From: an uncultured delta proteobacterium
GTDB lineage: Bacteria; Desulfobacterota; Desulfomonilia; UBA1062
Reading direction: 5' to 3'
Assembly: GCA_963785235.1 (NCBI GenBank)
Contig: CAWAUM010000003.1
Span: forward strand, 32,001 to 96,000
DNA: 64,000 nt
Shown here: positions 1 through 10,057 of the stretch, piece after piece
How positions within the stretch are numbered: the stretch's first letter is position 1
Layout: each line of letters opens with the position of its first letter
The notes under the pieces: generated by a model
What the model was told of the DNA's origin: nothing
The model's input: only the letters and a program-made list of their open reading frames with translations
Database searches by the model: none
Made by a program: the position numbers and the translations under genes

Positions 1-244
1 CCAGACCTACCAGGATTATTTCCAGGTACCTGTGGTAAACCTATTCTTCGATGGCACAGGCGATGTTTCAAAACAGGTGGGGATCTATCTGAAATCCATA
101 ACCCAGGCCTATACAGAAAAGCGAATTATGCCCTCAGCAAGCTTCCAAATACCAGGGAAAAAGACTGCAGCCACTCCGTGGGCAAAGGGTATGAATGACT
201 CACTACAGAAAAAAAAGTTTGATGATGAATACCAGAGCAAGTAG
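1..244 (+). CDS. 3' end of a CDS entering the window; C-terminus resembles 2-hydroxyacyl-CoA dehydratase activase-type proteins
   Basis: Frame open from base 2 (QTYQDYFQVPVVNLFFDGTG...) to TAG at 244; the PVVNLFFDG motif resembles C-termini of CoA-activase fusions. Confidence 0.45.
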   Translation, partial: QTYQDYFQVPVVNLFFDGTGDVSKQVGIYLKSITQAYTEKRIMPSASFQIPGKKTAATPWAKGMNDSLQKKKFDDEYQSK

Positions 245-310
245 AGATTATTTTGACCACTACTACTATGATCCGAATCGATTCTTCACAATGATCTTGA
301 GATTTTCAAC

Positions 311-769
311 TCAATCATCAAAAACAACAACATCAAGAGAATCAACCCCTTGATTTCCCTTCTTATCCGTTACCGTGAATTCTACAGTGTAAATAAATCC
401 ATAATTAGAACCAGTCACGTTTATAAATTCAATATTCCCGGGGTCTTTAACGTCAACATCCGGTCTAACATCATCAAAATTCCAATTATAGGTATAAGGT
501 GGGTAACCCCCTGATACATCTCCTTTAAAATTTATAAACTCTCCCCTATTTATTATTATCGATGCCAAGGGTTCCCCATTGGTTCCTGTTGAATAAATAA
601 TATCTTCAGTGATTATTTTGACCTCTAAAGATTCTGCGGGTATCTCTTCACTGCCTTCTGGACTTACTTTATGCTTACCGGTTTTATGTCCGCCACAGGC
701 GACTAGGAGCATGACGATTAATAAAACAAGTGCTAATCTAAAGGCCCTTAAGAATTGGGCTGTCCTCAT
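311..769 (-). CDS. Lipoprotein with a single PKD/Ig-like domain
   Basis: Lipobox LVAC after a hydrophobic stretch; PKD-like YTYNWNF...YTVEFTVTD; AT-rich. Confidence 0.75.
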   Translation of the reverse strand: MRTAQFLRAFRLALVLLIVMLLVACGGHKTGKHKVSPEGSEEIPAESLEVKIITEDIIYSTGTNGEPLASIIINRGEFINFKGDVSGGYPPYTYNWNFDDVRPDVDVKDPGNIEFINVTGSNYGFIYTVEFTVTDKKGNQGVDSLDVVVFDD

Positions 770-883
770 AGATAATCCCCCCTAATTATATAAATCTTCA
801 GCGATGCATCTTTCTATGTTGTTATAGGATCCTCATCAACCCAGATGTATATGAAGCAAGAAAGAGTAACCCTTACAATGTTA

Positions 884-899
884 TGCAACGTCAGTGCCA
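884..899 (-). promoter_or_regulatory. Sigma54 (-24/-12) promoter for the PKD lipoprotein
   Basis: Minus strand TGGCACTGACGTTGCA, exact GG-N10-GC spacing. Confidence 0.7.
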
Positions 900-916
900 C
901 GGATCATCTAATGAGT

Positions 917-929
917 TATCAACCAATTA
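917..929 (+). promoter_or_regulatory. Putative IHF site
   Basis: TATCAACCAATTA matches WATCAA-N4-TTR exactly and lies just upstream of the sigma54 promoter. Confidence 0.55.
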
Positions 930-1126
930 GCAAGATCGACCTATATAACACTCCGTAATTATGTGTAAATCTATGCCACTTAAATGAAATTAATTTCTAT
1001 TTATCTAGACTGATAAACGATTATGAGGGCGTAATAAGCAGTACCGATACAACGCCAGCCATACTATTCACTTCGATCAAGCAAAGACAGGCACAGGGCC
1101 TGTCCCTATTTTATTTTTTTATCTAA

Positions 1127-1203
1127 TGGTCGGGAAGCGGGGATTTGAACCCCGGACCCCAGCGTCCCGAACGCTGTGCTCTACCAGGCTGAGCCACTTC
1201 CCG
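1127..1203 (-). tRNA. tRNA-Pro (anticodon CGG)
   Basis: Reverse complement CGGGAAGTGGCTCAGCCTGGTAGAGCACAGCGTTCGGGACGCTG...GGTTCAAATCC...CCCGACCA folds as a cloverleaf with encoded CCA. Confidence 0.97.
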
Positions 1204-1259
1204 AAACCAAGGTCTATCTATAGAAAAGAATCACTTTCGAAGTCAAGCACGTTTGCTCT

Positions 1260-2030
1260 TTATCGTCTCTTGTTTTCATAGGTGATGAAGTCCTCGCGCA
1301 TCACCCGATGATCCATCCGGCTCTTTACATTCAGTGGATATTCTCCATAATTGAAGGCTAATAGATCCTTGCCAAGTCTCTGCAACGGTATGGCAAACTC
1401 CAGCTTGAAAAAGAGCTCACTCTTGTCGCGGCCTGCCTGCAGTGCATCGTTCCTGCCGCCGATACTTATAAATAAAGGCTTTATAGGTTGTACCTGGAGC
1501 ATCATGGACATGCCGACCATATCCTCCCTGTCCCTGCCTGCAAAATAATAAAAACCAGGCCATACAGAGACAAAGGGGGCATTCGGTACAGGGATGCCGA
1601 AGGTAAGATCAATACCCGGCAGCGCCTCTTCGCCTTTATGTTCTTCCGAAACAGGCAGGTAGAGGTTCATGTGTCCGGAAAAGTTTGAATGGTACACCTC
1701 AAGACCGGTACCGAATCTCTTATGGTAATTGCTTGTGGTATAATCATAGAAAAGGTTGCAACCCCCAACCACTAGTCCATTCAGCATTAGCTGCCTGCCT
1801 CCAACCCCGATATCAAAGCCGGGTTCTCCCCCCCTTAAGGTGAGCATGGGCTGTGAGAACAAGGACATGGAATCGAGCTGTGCAAGCCACACAAATCCAT
1901 CAGCGTAATAACAGGGATTCGACTGGTTGGATACCTTCAAGCCACCCCCAGTCCAAATAAGATCAGGCTCGATGGCATAGAGCATGGACCCGGTCAGGCA
2001 AAATATAATAGCAAAAATCAGTTTCTTCAT
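1260..2030 (-). CDS. Inverse-autotransporter (intimin/invasin-type) beta-barrel protein with no passenger domain
   Basis: Signal peptide; GVGGR...GCNLFYDY...HKRFGTGLE...NLYLP motif series typical of this barrel; ends at the RVMRE linker-like motif. Confidence 0.75.
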   Translation of the reverse strand: MKKLIFAIIFCLTGSMLYAIEPDLIWTGGGLKVSNQSNPCYYADGFVWLAQLDSMSLFSQPMLTLRGGEPGFDIGVGGRQLMLNGLVVGGCNLFYDYTTSNYHKRFGTGLEVYHSNFSGHMNLYLPVSEEHKGEEALPGIDLTFGIPVPNAPFVSVWPGFYYFAGRDREDMVGMSMMLQVQPIKPLFISIGGRNDALQAGRDKSELFFKLEFAIPLQRLGKDLLAFNYGEYPLNVKSRMDHRVMREDFITYENKRR

Positions 2031-2091
2031 CTTAACACCTCCTCATTCAATTCTTGGTTGCTCAAAACGCTTCAAACACATTACGCATCAA

Positions 2092-3105
2092 CTACCCCCA
2101 CATTGGTATAATACCGGCACAAATATCCTCCGGTTTCAAAATGGTCAAGGTCTCACTATGGAGCATGCCCATATAATTAATCTGGCTCGTATCGAATGGC
2201 GGTATACTTACCCTCGGGCATATCCTGATATGAGGTGTGAACAGGTTATTGTCCTTAAGAAAGTATATTGACATGTTCAGGCTGCCTATGTTGAGAGAAT
2301 CAATATACCTCATCACATTCAAGATACCACTCACCAGCTCTTGAAGGAGCTCTCCGTGAATTTCTTCCGGTGATTTTACGCCAGCTAGAACCCCGATAAT
2401 ATCAAAAATCCCCATGGGAGCAAAGGCCACAGTCCATGAGATGTCCTTTGTATAGGCAATCATCCGCTCCCCCCTCTTCTTTTCCTCCTCGACGAAATCG
2501 GGCCAATAATTGCGCCCATGCATTTCCTTATACTGAGAAAGGCCGTAAACCGCAGAGGTATAATAGTTGGTGGGGGAACTCGTTGCAGCAATCTGGAGGT
2601 GGGGATGGATAATGGAGCCTCCAGCCAGAGGCATATAATTCCAATTCACCGACTGGTATATCATATCGGGCTGCTTCGAGCTCACATCTAAGAGATATTG
2701 AAAGCAGCACTCGAATGCATCTGTCATGATCTTGGATGTAAATCCCTCCAGCCCAATGTAATGTTCCCGGGTCATTATGGTGACTGCCCCGTTCTCGTCA
2801 TAAGGGAAGGCATTGGGAACGCACAATGCATTCCCACGTGAATACCTCTCCTGGCTTGCCAGATCCGGGTGAAATTTTGGTGTTACCTGCTCCATAATCT
2901 CCGGACAAAACGGGCAGAACTGCCTGGAGTTCTCTATAAGGGCTGAGAGATCTGCCTTTTTGATTTCCCTTATGGGAAAATCCAGGATACGACTTGAATG
3001 GCCGGTAAGCGGATCGTATCTTACCTCGAAATATCGTTTGACCTCCGCATATCCCTGAGAGGGGTCTAGAAATCGTGATGTTTTTAATACTTTAACAAAT
3101 TCCAT
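2092..3105 (-). CDS. Galactose-1-phosphate uridylyltransferase (GalT)-like protein
   Basis: RYDPLTG, CPFC and AGGSIIHPHLQ (HxH) motifs. Confidence 0.8.
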   Translation of the reverse strand: MEFVKVLKTSRFLDPSQGYAEVKRYFEVRYDPLTGHSSRILDFPIREIKKADLSALIENSRQFCPFCPEIMEQVTPKFHPDLASQERYSRGNALCVPNAFPYDENGAVTIMTREHYIGLEGFTSKIMTDAFECCFQYLLDVSSKQPDMIYQSVNWNYMPLAGGSIIHPHLQIAATSSPTNYYTSAVYGLSQYKEMHGRNYWPDFVEEEKKRGERMIAYTKDISWTVAFAPMGIFDIIGVLAGVKSPEEIHGELLQELVSGILNVMRYIDSLNIGSLNMSIYFLKDNNLFTPHIRICPRVSIPPFDTSQINYMGMLHSETLTILKPEDICAGIIPMWG

Positions 3106-3275
3106 TAGATATACTTCTACACTATGGCAGGCTGAGGGTCAAGGGCATTACCCCAGTATGCTTTAGGAGGGTTTATTATCTAAAAGGTGATGTTTCCTTG
3201 ATCAATAAATTTTGTCCCGGTATAATTCCTTGTTATTGGCGCAATAAAATCAAAGGAAGTGGTGGTAATGCTTTC

Positions 3276-3932
3276 ATGAAAGACACCCTGATTGCAAGAA
3301 AGAACATGGTTAACGAACAGCTTGTAAGTCGCGGCATCAATGATCAGCGCTTGCTGAATGCCTTCCTGGAGGTACCGAGGCATAAATTCGTGGAGGAATA
3401 TCTCAAATACAAGGCATATGATGACTATCCCCTGTCAATAGGCTACGGTCAGACTATATCCCAGCCCTACATGGTTGCACTCATGACCGAGGCCATCAAT
3501 CCTCAACCGAATGAAAGGATTCTTGAGATAGGCACTGGCTCGGGGTACCAGGCTGCAATTCTCTCTCGCCTCTGCTCAGCGGTTTATACCATCGAGCGCA
3601 TAAGCGCACTGGCGTCCCGTGCCAGAAAGGCCTTGGATGATCTGGGTTACTTCAATGTCCATATCCGTCTTGGCGACGGCACCTTGGGTCTGCCTCAGGA
3701 TGCACCCTATGACGGGATAATTGTCACCGCAGGTGCACCGCATGTTCCTGAGTCCCTCATTGGACAGCTCAGAGAGGATGGCAGGCTCATCATCCCGGTT
3801 GGCGATGAGGGCATCCAGGACTTGAGACGCATCATCAGGACGAAGGATGGCGTCAAGGAGGAATCGCTTGGGGGCTGCAGGTTTGTAAAGCTGATCGGGA
3901 AGAACGGATGGCAAGTCTTAAGTGACAAGTAA
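3276..3932 (+). CDS. pcm: Protein-L-isoaspartate O-methyltransferase
   Basis: VPRHKFV, GQTISQPYMVA and LEIGTGSGYQAA motifs. Confidence 0.96.
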   Translation: MKDTLIARKNMVNEQLVSRGINDQRLLNAFLEVPRHKFVEEYLKYKAYDDYPLSIGYGQTISQPYMVALMTEAINPQPNERILEIGTGSGYQAAILSRLCSAVYTIERISALASRARKALDDLGYFNVHIRLGDGTLGLPQDAPYDGIIVTAGAPHVPESLIGQLREDGRLIIPVGDEGIQDLRRIIRTKDGVKEESLGGCRFVKLIGKNGWQVLSDK

Positions 3933-3983
3933 ACTGTGGCGGCAAGCAGACCTTACACTACAGTTACATTGATCACTGACACC

Positions 3984-4595
3984 TTACGCATTTCCATCCC
4001 ATATACTGAAGTTCTTGAGGATCTCCAGCCCTGGGTGTCCGCTCTTTTCCGGGTGAAACTGCGTGGCAAAGACATTCCTGCGTGAAACAGCAGAAGAAAA
4101 GGTGATCCCATAGGAGGTCTGAGCAACCACATCGGCCATGTTTGCAGGGTCTGGATAATAGGAGTGCACAAAGTAAAACCAAGCATCGTCATCTATTCCA
4201 TAAAGGAGGGGATGTTCTCTGGTCTTGACAATGGTATTCCATCCCATGTGCGGTATCTTCTCACCCATATCAGGAAATTTTCTGACTGTGCCGGATATAA
4301 TGCCAAGACATGATGCAGAGTCCTCATCACTGGAATCAAAGATAATCTGGGTTCCGAGGCAAATGCCCAGGAAAGGAGTGCCGCGTTCGATCACCTCGTT
4401 TATGACCTTGTCGATTTTGAGTTCGCGAATTGTCTCCATGGCCTTACCGGCAGCTCCAACGCCGGGGAAAATTACCCGCTCGGCATTCAGGATCTCACTG
4501 GGATCGGCAGTGATGGCACAGGAAATATCCAGGTGTTTGAGTGCCCTTTCAACGGATCTTAGGTTGCCGGCTTTATAGTCTATAATGGCGATCAT
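3984..4595 (-). CDS. hisH: Imidazole glycerol phosphate synthase glutaminase subunit
   Basis: IIDY..GNL, FPGVG, GICLG, YFVHSY and QFHPEKS motifs. Confidence 0.96.
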   Translation of the reverse strand: MIAIIDYKAGNLRSVERALKHLDISCAITADPSEILNAERVIFPGVGAAGKAMETIRELKIDKVINEVIERGTPFLGICLGTQIIFDSSDEDSASCLGIISGTVRKFPDMGEKIPHMGWNTIVKTREHPLLYGIDDDAWFYFVHSYYPDPANMADVVAQTSYGITFSSAVSRRNVFATQFHPEKSGHPGLEILKNFSIWDGNA

Positions 4596-4607
4596 GGAAG
4601 ATACATA

Positions 4608-5030
4608 CTACAACGCTATCCAGGCTCCGATATAGGCTATTACCAGCCCTACAAGCAGTGCAACAGATCCGACTTTTGTCCTGGTTTCCGCATTCGTGAG
4701 CAGACTCAGGTAGCCTGTGAACTTATCCTGCTTTTCCTGGGAGGAATTCAGCATGGGCGCAATCATGCGGATAGTGTCGAGGATCTTGGCAAATGTGGTC
4801 TCCTTCACCAGCAACACTAAGCAGCTTGCAATTATGACTATGTACCCGTTGAGCATCATAAAAGTTCCAAGGATAAAGCCGGACACGCCTATCCTATGCT
4901 GGAGATTATCCGTGGGCATCTCAAGATGAATGGGGGCAACTACCTCTTCGTGATGACCCTCACCACATCCAAATATCATCATGGAACCGACTAACAAGAC
5001 CATGAGAAGACCGGCTTTAATCATCTTCAC
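4608..5030 (-). CDS. Hypothetical membrane protein (possible lipoprotein)
   Basis: Hydrophobic N-terminus ending IFGC plus two further hydrophobic segments; start uncertain. Confidence 0.6.
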   Translation of the reverse strand: MKMIKAGLLMVLLVGSMMIFGCGEGHHEEVVAPIHLEMPTDNLQHRIGVSGFILGTFMMLNGYIVIIASCLVLLVKETTFAKILDTIRMIAPMLNSSQEKQDKFTGYLSLLTNAETRTKVGSVALLVGLVIAYIGAWIAL

Positions 5031-5161
5031 AAAAAGGCCTCCGAATTCAATTTGATACGCACTATACCTGTAGCTTTTATTTTGTGTCAACTCTCTTTAA
5101 AGTCAAACAGCCCTTTATGCCGAACAAGTAATCAGACCATACCTACAGGAGGGTGACCCGC

Positions 5162-6535
5162 GTGGGTGAATTCGACGATCTTATAGATGAATTTGTAACC
5201 GAATCTAAAGAACATATCGCTGATATTGAGGACGATCTCATAAAGATCGAGGCCGAAATGGAACATGTGGACCCCGAGGTCATTAACCGGGTGTTCAGGG
5301 CGGCCCATTCCATCAAGGGCAGCTCCAAGTTTCTGGACCTCAACAATATCGGAGACCTCGCACACAAGATGGAGGACGTGCTCAACCTTATCCGCTCAGG
5401 GAAACTGGTGCCAACCAGCGATGTAGCCGGGCCCCTGCTTATGGCGGCAGACATGTTGAAGAATATGCTGGAAGACGTGACCACCAGCAATGATATGGAT
5501 ATCTCAGAGCACCTTATTTCGCTCCAGAATATCCTCATCACAGATACTGCCGTTCAGAAGAAACCTCAGAAGACTGAAAAATCCGGCCATTCGGGCGATC
5601 CTCTTTCAGTCTTCGACATAAAGATGGATATCATCAAAACTAAACTCGCCTCGTTTCAAGTCTTTATCCTGACCATAGATACAGCACAGGGAGATATGGA
5701 CCATATCACATCCGAACTCAAGAATTTGGGTGAGGTCATTGCCCAGAAGACTACGGCGGACAATAAACTTCTAATACTTTTTGCCACTATAATGGAGTCC
5801 GACATGGTCCAGCTTGCCTTGGGTCTCGACAAGGATTCGTTCACCCAGGTGACTGAAGGAATGCTCAAACCAAAGACCAGGCAGACACCGCAACCTAAAG
5901 CTGAGGCCCAGGTGAAACCACCACCAAAACCCGCCCCTAAGGCCGCCAAACCATCAACTATAAAACCGATTGTCGTGGAAGAAGCCGAAGATGATGAGCG
6001 TGAATACAGCACGGTATCTTATGATGAGCCTGTGGCCAAACAAATGATCGACTCTCTTAAAAAGGATGTGCAGGCTGCCAAAGAAGAAGAAAACACCTCA
6101 TTTATCACCTTCACCCTCGACAGCGAACTCTATGCCGTGCCCATCCAGACTATCGAGGAAATAATCGGCCTGCAGGAGATAAGCCTGCTGCCCAATGTCC
6201 CGAATTTTATCAAGGGGGTCATTAACCTGCGTGGTGAAATTGTCCCCATCATGGACCTCAGACTCAAGTTCGGACTTGAAGCCAAGGAATATACCCCTTT
6301 CACCGTGTTCCTCATTGTGAGGGTAGACGAACGGCTCATGGGTATGGTGGTTGACAATGTGGCCGATGTACTCGTTATCGAACCGGCCAAGGTCCAGAAG
6401 AAGCCTGCATTCTCAGCCAAGATCTCTACTGATTTTATTAACGGTGTCTATAAGGACACCCAGGAAGACCTGGTGATACTGGTTGATGTTCCTTCCCTTA
6501 TCAAGCCTGAGGAGTGGGATCTGGCCTATATCTGA
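5162..6535 (+). CDS. Hpt (CheA-P1)-P2-like-CheW fusion lacking a kinase domain
   Basis: N-terminal INRVFRAAHSIKG (Hpt), Pro/Lys-rich linker, C-terminal CheW (FIKGVINLRGEIVPIMDLR); no H-kinase dimer or HATPase boxes; GTG at 5162 fits the RBS AGGAGG. Confidence 0.85.
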   Translation: MGEFDDLIDEFVTESKEHIADIEDDLIKIEAEMEHVDPEVINRVFRAAHSIKGSSKFLDLNNIGDLAHKMEDVLNLIRSGKLVPTSDVAGPLLMAADMLKNMLEDVTTSNDMDISEHLISLQNILITDTAVQKKPQKTEKSGHSGDPLSVFDIKMDIIKTKLASFQVFILTIDTAQGDMDHITSELKNLGEVIAQKTTADNKLLILFATIMESDMVQLALGLDKDSFTQVTEGMLKPKTRQTPQPKAEAQVKPPPKPAPKAAKPSTIKPIVVEEAEDDEREYSTVSYDEPVAKQMIDSLKKDVQAAKEEENTSFITFTLDSELYAVPIQTIEEIIGLQEISLLPNVPNFIKGVINLRGEIVPIMDLRLKFGLEAKEYTPFTVFLIVRVDERLMGMVVDNVADVLVIEPAKVQKKPAFSAKISTDFINGVYKDTQEDLVILVDVPSLIKPEEWDLAYI

Positions 6536-6547
6536 TCATCAATGAGA

Positions 6548-7036
6548 TCAATCGTTTTTAGGTAAAATGAATGAGTAGATAAGTAGGCCTACCATACCGC
6601 ATGAGATCCAGGCGTCTGCCATGTTGAAGGTTGGCCACTGAAACCGCCCAATATGAAAGAGTAGGAAATCCACTACCTCTCCCCACAGGAGCCTGTCTGT
6701 AAGGTTTCCCAGGGCGCCTGCTATGATCAAGCTGAAGACAGCCCTGAGTAACCATGAATCCTCACTCATCCTCCAGAAAAGAATAAACATTGCACTGCAT
6801 GCGATTATGGTGATGACTGTAAAAAACAGGGTACGGTACGACTCAGGAAGTCCCTGCAGCATGCCGAAGGCTGCCCCGGTATTCCTTGCGTGGATAATGT
6901 CGAAGAACCCGGGGATCACAGTGAACCCCGAGCCGATCTCCATATGGGTATAGATTAACCATTTGGTCCACTGGTCCAACAGATAACAGGGAAGAGCCAG
7001 GAACCCTATCCATATGGCCATAGTCTTTGTCTTCAT
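6548..7036 (-). CDS. lspA: Lipoprotein signal peptidase II
   Basis: DQWTK, NTGAAFG, GALGNLTDR, VVDF and FNMAD motifs. Confidence 0.96.
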   Translation of the reverse strand: MKTKTMAIWIGFLALPCYLLDQWTKWLIYTHMEIGSGFTVIPGFFDIIHARNTGAAFGMLQGLPESYRTLFFTVITIIACSAMFILFWRMSEDSWLLRAVFSLIIAGALGNLTDRLLWGEVVDFLLFHIGRFQWPTFNMADAWISCGMVGLLIYSFILPKND

Positions 7037-7285
7037 TTCACTTCCTATGCCTGTACGTTTTATTAAGTTTACGATTGTAAGATAGATTATTTAAGTTAGA
7101 CCTCACAAAGCACAAACAACCGTGGCATGCAAGATCAAAGAACTTAATCAAAGGTCTTAAGCCTTATTATTGTGATTCGAATTTGTATCCTGCCTTGAGT
7201 TACGTCTGTTTCATCCGACAAGGTTTTAAGAGTTCTTAAAAACATAGTCATCTGAAGGTATCATTCCATAAAGGAGGTAAGATTC

Positions 7286-8134
7286 ATGAAGGTAGTCAAG
7301 GCAAAGTTAATCTGCATTTTTTCTGTTATCCTGATGTGTTTATTTATGAGCAGCATAGCTCTTGCAGAAAGAACACTGGTAGTTGCGGTCAACGCTAACT
7401 GGCCTCCCATGCAGATGAAAGACAGTAAAGGGAACGTCAGCGGTTACGAAATTGACCTTTTGAAGGCCCTTGCTGCCGAGGCCGGGTTTAAGGTCAAACT
7501 AGTGAATGTTTCATGGAGAAACATCTTTAATGAACTGAGTGCAGGTAAATATGATGCCGTTATGGCCTCTGTAAGCATTACAGATGGGAGAAAGGAGAAG
7601 TTTGACTTTTCCGACCCCTATTTTACAGCCGAACAGATCCTCCTTGTACCCAAGGCAAAGGCAAATGCACAACTTCAAGGCAAGACAATGGCTGTCTTTA
7701 AATTAACAACGGGCGCAGAAGCGGTCAGGAGCACCCAGGGCTGCAATATAACATACTATACGGTAGATGAAAACGAACAAGCTTTCAAGGACTTGTCAAA
7801 GGGCTTTGTTGACGGTGTTCTCTGTGATTCGCCGGTAGCCTATAGTTATGCCGCCAAATACAATGGCAAGTTCGCCCTTAAAGGTGATGCATGTGCACTG
7901 GCAAAAAAATCAGCGAACGAGGATTATGGGATAATGGTCAAGAAAGGCGATACCAAAACCCTTGACCTCATTAACAAAGGCCTCAAAGTGGTGAAAGAAA
8001 AGGGCATTGAGGCAAAAATCAAAGACAAGTGGTTCAAAGAGATCCTCCTTGCCTCCGGAGTGAAAACGCAAGACTCAATGCTGGCTTCCGAAATAATGAC
8101 AGGCGCCCAGAATTCACCGGCGTCTGTTAAATAG
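7286..8134 (+). CDS. Amino-acid ABC transporter substrate-binding protein (family 3)
   Basis: Signal peptide; WPPM, GYEIDL and SITDGRKEKFDFSDPY motifs; RBS AGGAGG. Confidence 0.9.
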   Translation: MKVVKAKLICIFSVILMCLFMSSIALAERTLVVAVNANWPPMQMKDSKGNVSGYEIDLLKALAAEAGFKVKLVNVSWRNIFNELSAGKYDAVMASVSITDGRKEKFDFSDPYFTAEQILLVPKAKANAQLQGKTMAVFKLTTGAEAVRSTQGCNITYYTVDENEQAFKDLSKGFVDGVLCDSPVAYSYAAKYNGKFALKGDACALAKKSANEDYGIMVKKGDTKTLDLINKGLKVVKEKGIEAKIKDKWFKEILLASGVKTQDSMLASEIMTGAQNSPASVK

Positions 8135-8165
8135 TCTCGAAGATTATATCAAGTATTCAGTATCG

Positions 8166-8215
8166 AGGGCTTTCTCCTGCTGCTCCGGCCGGAGAAGGCC
8201 CTTTTCTCTATTTTC
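8166..8215 (+). terminator. Rho-independent terminator
   Basis: AGGGCTTTCTCC...GGAGAAGGCCCT followed by a T-rich run. Confidence 0.7.
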
Positions 8216-8279
8216 TTCTCTAAAAAATACTGCCATCCAAAATTAATAAATTCTGGTAAGAGTATCGATAAGAAGTCTT

Positions 8280-9959
8280 ATGAGAATTATCTATCTGACA
8301 GATATCCACGGCGATTTTGAACGGGTGAAGAACCTACTCTCAGAGACGGTAGCACCCCTATATATCCTATCCGGCGACATCATAGACATTCCCTTTTACA
8401 ATATGGAAACCTCTATAAGGTACTATGAACTCCAGTCATACTTCCACGGCCTGAGAATGGGCATGAAAGAGGAAGACAAATTGCTGGAGGACTTTGTAGA
8501 CCAGCTTCTGGAGAGCCCGGATGTCACTGAAGAGATCGAGGAAAAAGGCACCAAATATCAGCAATATACCATCCGGGCCCGCAGGGTGATGCAGCAGAAA
8601 TATAAGGTCCTGCAGAACATCATTTCCATGAAGAAAAAATCGCGCGTCTTGTGCCTGCCCGGGAATTACGACATGGACCTCAAATACACGGCACTGCATG
8701 ACAATGATCTTCATCTGCACTGGTTCAAGCTGGATGACTTGCGCATATGCGGCTATGGAGGCGCAGAGGTCTGGACCCCGGGCATCCCTGAACGGTATAT
8801 TGTAAGGTATCAGGCAGGCATGAACACCTACGGGAAAAGAAACGGGAAGAAAAACGAGATGTACCCGTTTTTCCGGGTGGTAAAACCAGATATCATAGTA
8901 GCTCATCAGCCGGCCTACGGGGTGAACGACAACACAACAGCCGGCGGTGCCTTCGGTTCGCCGGTATTGCGCAGCTACTGTGACGATAACCCGGTCATGC
9001 TCTGCCTGACGGGTCATGCTCATGATTCCTGGGGCGTAGCCTTTCATGAAAACACCTTATATCTCAACCCGTCGAACTTCGGGGAGGTAACCGGACCTAC
9101 AGGGCAAGTAGCTGAGGGCGGTTTCTTCTACCAGATAGAAACCGAGCATCATAAGGTGAAGGGAATCATCTTTAAGAAATTCTACGATGGCAGGATATTC
9201 GACATTGCCGATTACTATCCAGAAGGAAACAAATGGGTAGAGAAGATTATTGACCGCGACCGTTACGATGCACTTAAGAACAGAGAAAACTATGATATGA
9301 AGGATGTCAAGTACTCTCATATCCCCGAGATACAGCTCTTCAAGGAGATCAAACAGTTCTTCAGGATGTTCCAGACCCCCGAGACTGAAGAGCGCGTCGA
9401 CAAGCTTGAGGAGGTGGTACAGCTGCTGGAAGAAAAGATCCCTGGCGACATTGCCATGGATGTCATGGGATCGGTAAACATGGGAACCTCACAGGCCGGA
9501 TCCGATATCGACCTGGTCTTATATCTGAGGTGCGGCCCTTTCTGCACCAAAGGCCACGATGAATGCGAGTTCGCCCAGAATGCGCAATCCATGATCGAGA
9601 AATACCTGGGCCTTGAATATGAGCCGCATTTTCTGGATTGTATCGACCTGGACCAGGTGGAAAAGAGCATCACGGATAAGAACTATGAAAGTGAAACCCT
9701 CCAGCGCTTCGTCGCTTACCGCTCCATCTGCCGCCCCATCAATTATCGAGTCATAGCGCCCATCGAGGACATGCTCAATCAGGACATGATATTTAAAAAA
9801 GAGATTGAAGGGAGCATCCAGTCTTATATACAGATCTTCGCCAATACATCCGAGCACGTAAGGTCGCTCAAAAAGTATGAATCCCGGCTGAACGAATTGG
9901 GGATAAGGGTGCCCGAATCAATCAAACGAACCATTAAGCAATATTTGAACGAAGGCTGA
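8280..9959 (+). CDS. Calcineurin-like metallophosphoesterase fused to a C-terminal Pol-beta-type nucleotidyltransferase domain
   Basis: DIH, GD, GNYD, H and GHAH motifs; C-terminal MGSVNMGTSQAGSDIDLVLY (GS...DxD). Confidence 0.8.
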   Translation: MRIIYLTDIHGDFERVKNLLSETVAPLYILSGDIIDIPFYNMETSIRYYELQSYFHGLRMGMKEEDKLLEDFVDQLLESPDVTEEIEEKGTKYQQYTIRARRVMQQKYKVLQNIISMKKKSRVLCLPGNYDMDLKYTALHDNDLHLHWFKLDDLRICGYGGAEVWTPGIPERYIVRYQAGMNTYGKRNGKKNEMYPFFRVVKPDIIVAHQPAYGVNDNTTAGGAFGSPVLRSYCDDNPVMLCLTGHAHDSWGVAFHENTLYLNPSNFGEVTGPTGQVAEGGFFYQIETEHHKVKGIIFKKFYDGRIFDIADYYPEGNKWVEKIIDRDRYDALKNRENYDMKDVKYSHIPEIQLFKEIKQFFRMFQTPETEERVDKLEEVVQLLEEKIPGDIAMDVMGSVNMGTSQAGSDIDLVLYLRCGPFCTKGHDECEFAQNAQSMIEKYLGLEYEPHFLDCIDLDQVEKSITDKNYESETLQRFVAYRSICRPINYRVIAPIEDMLNQDMIFKKEIEGSIQSYIQIFANTSEHVRSLKKYESRLNELGIRVPESIKRTIKQYLNEG

Positions 9960-10057
9960 CCAGAGGATTTACTTTTTCTCCCAATGGAGCTATAGGGATC
10001 TAATGTTCCTATCCATGGCCCCCAAGACCAATGAAAAAGCTCCCTAGGACATTTACA

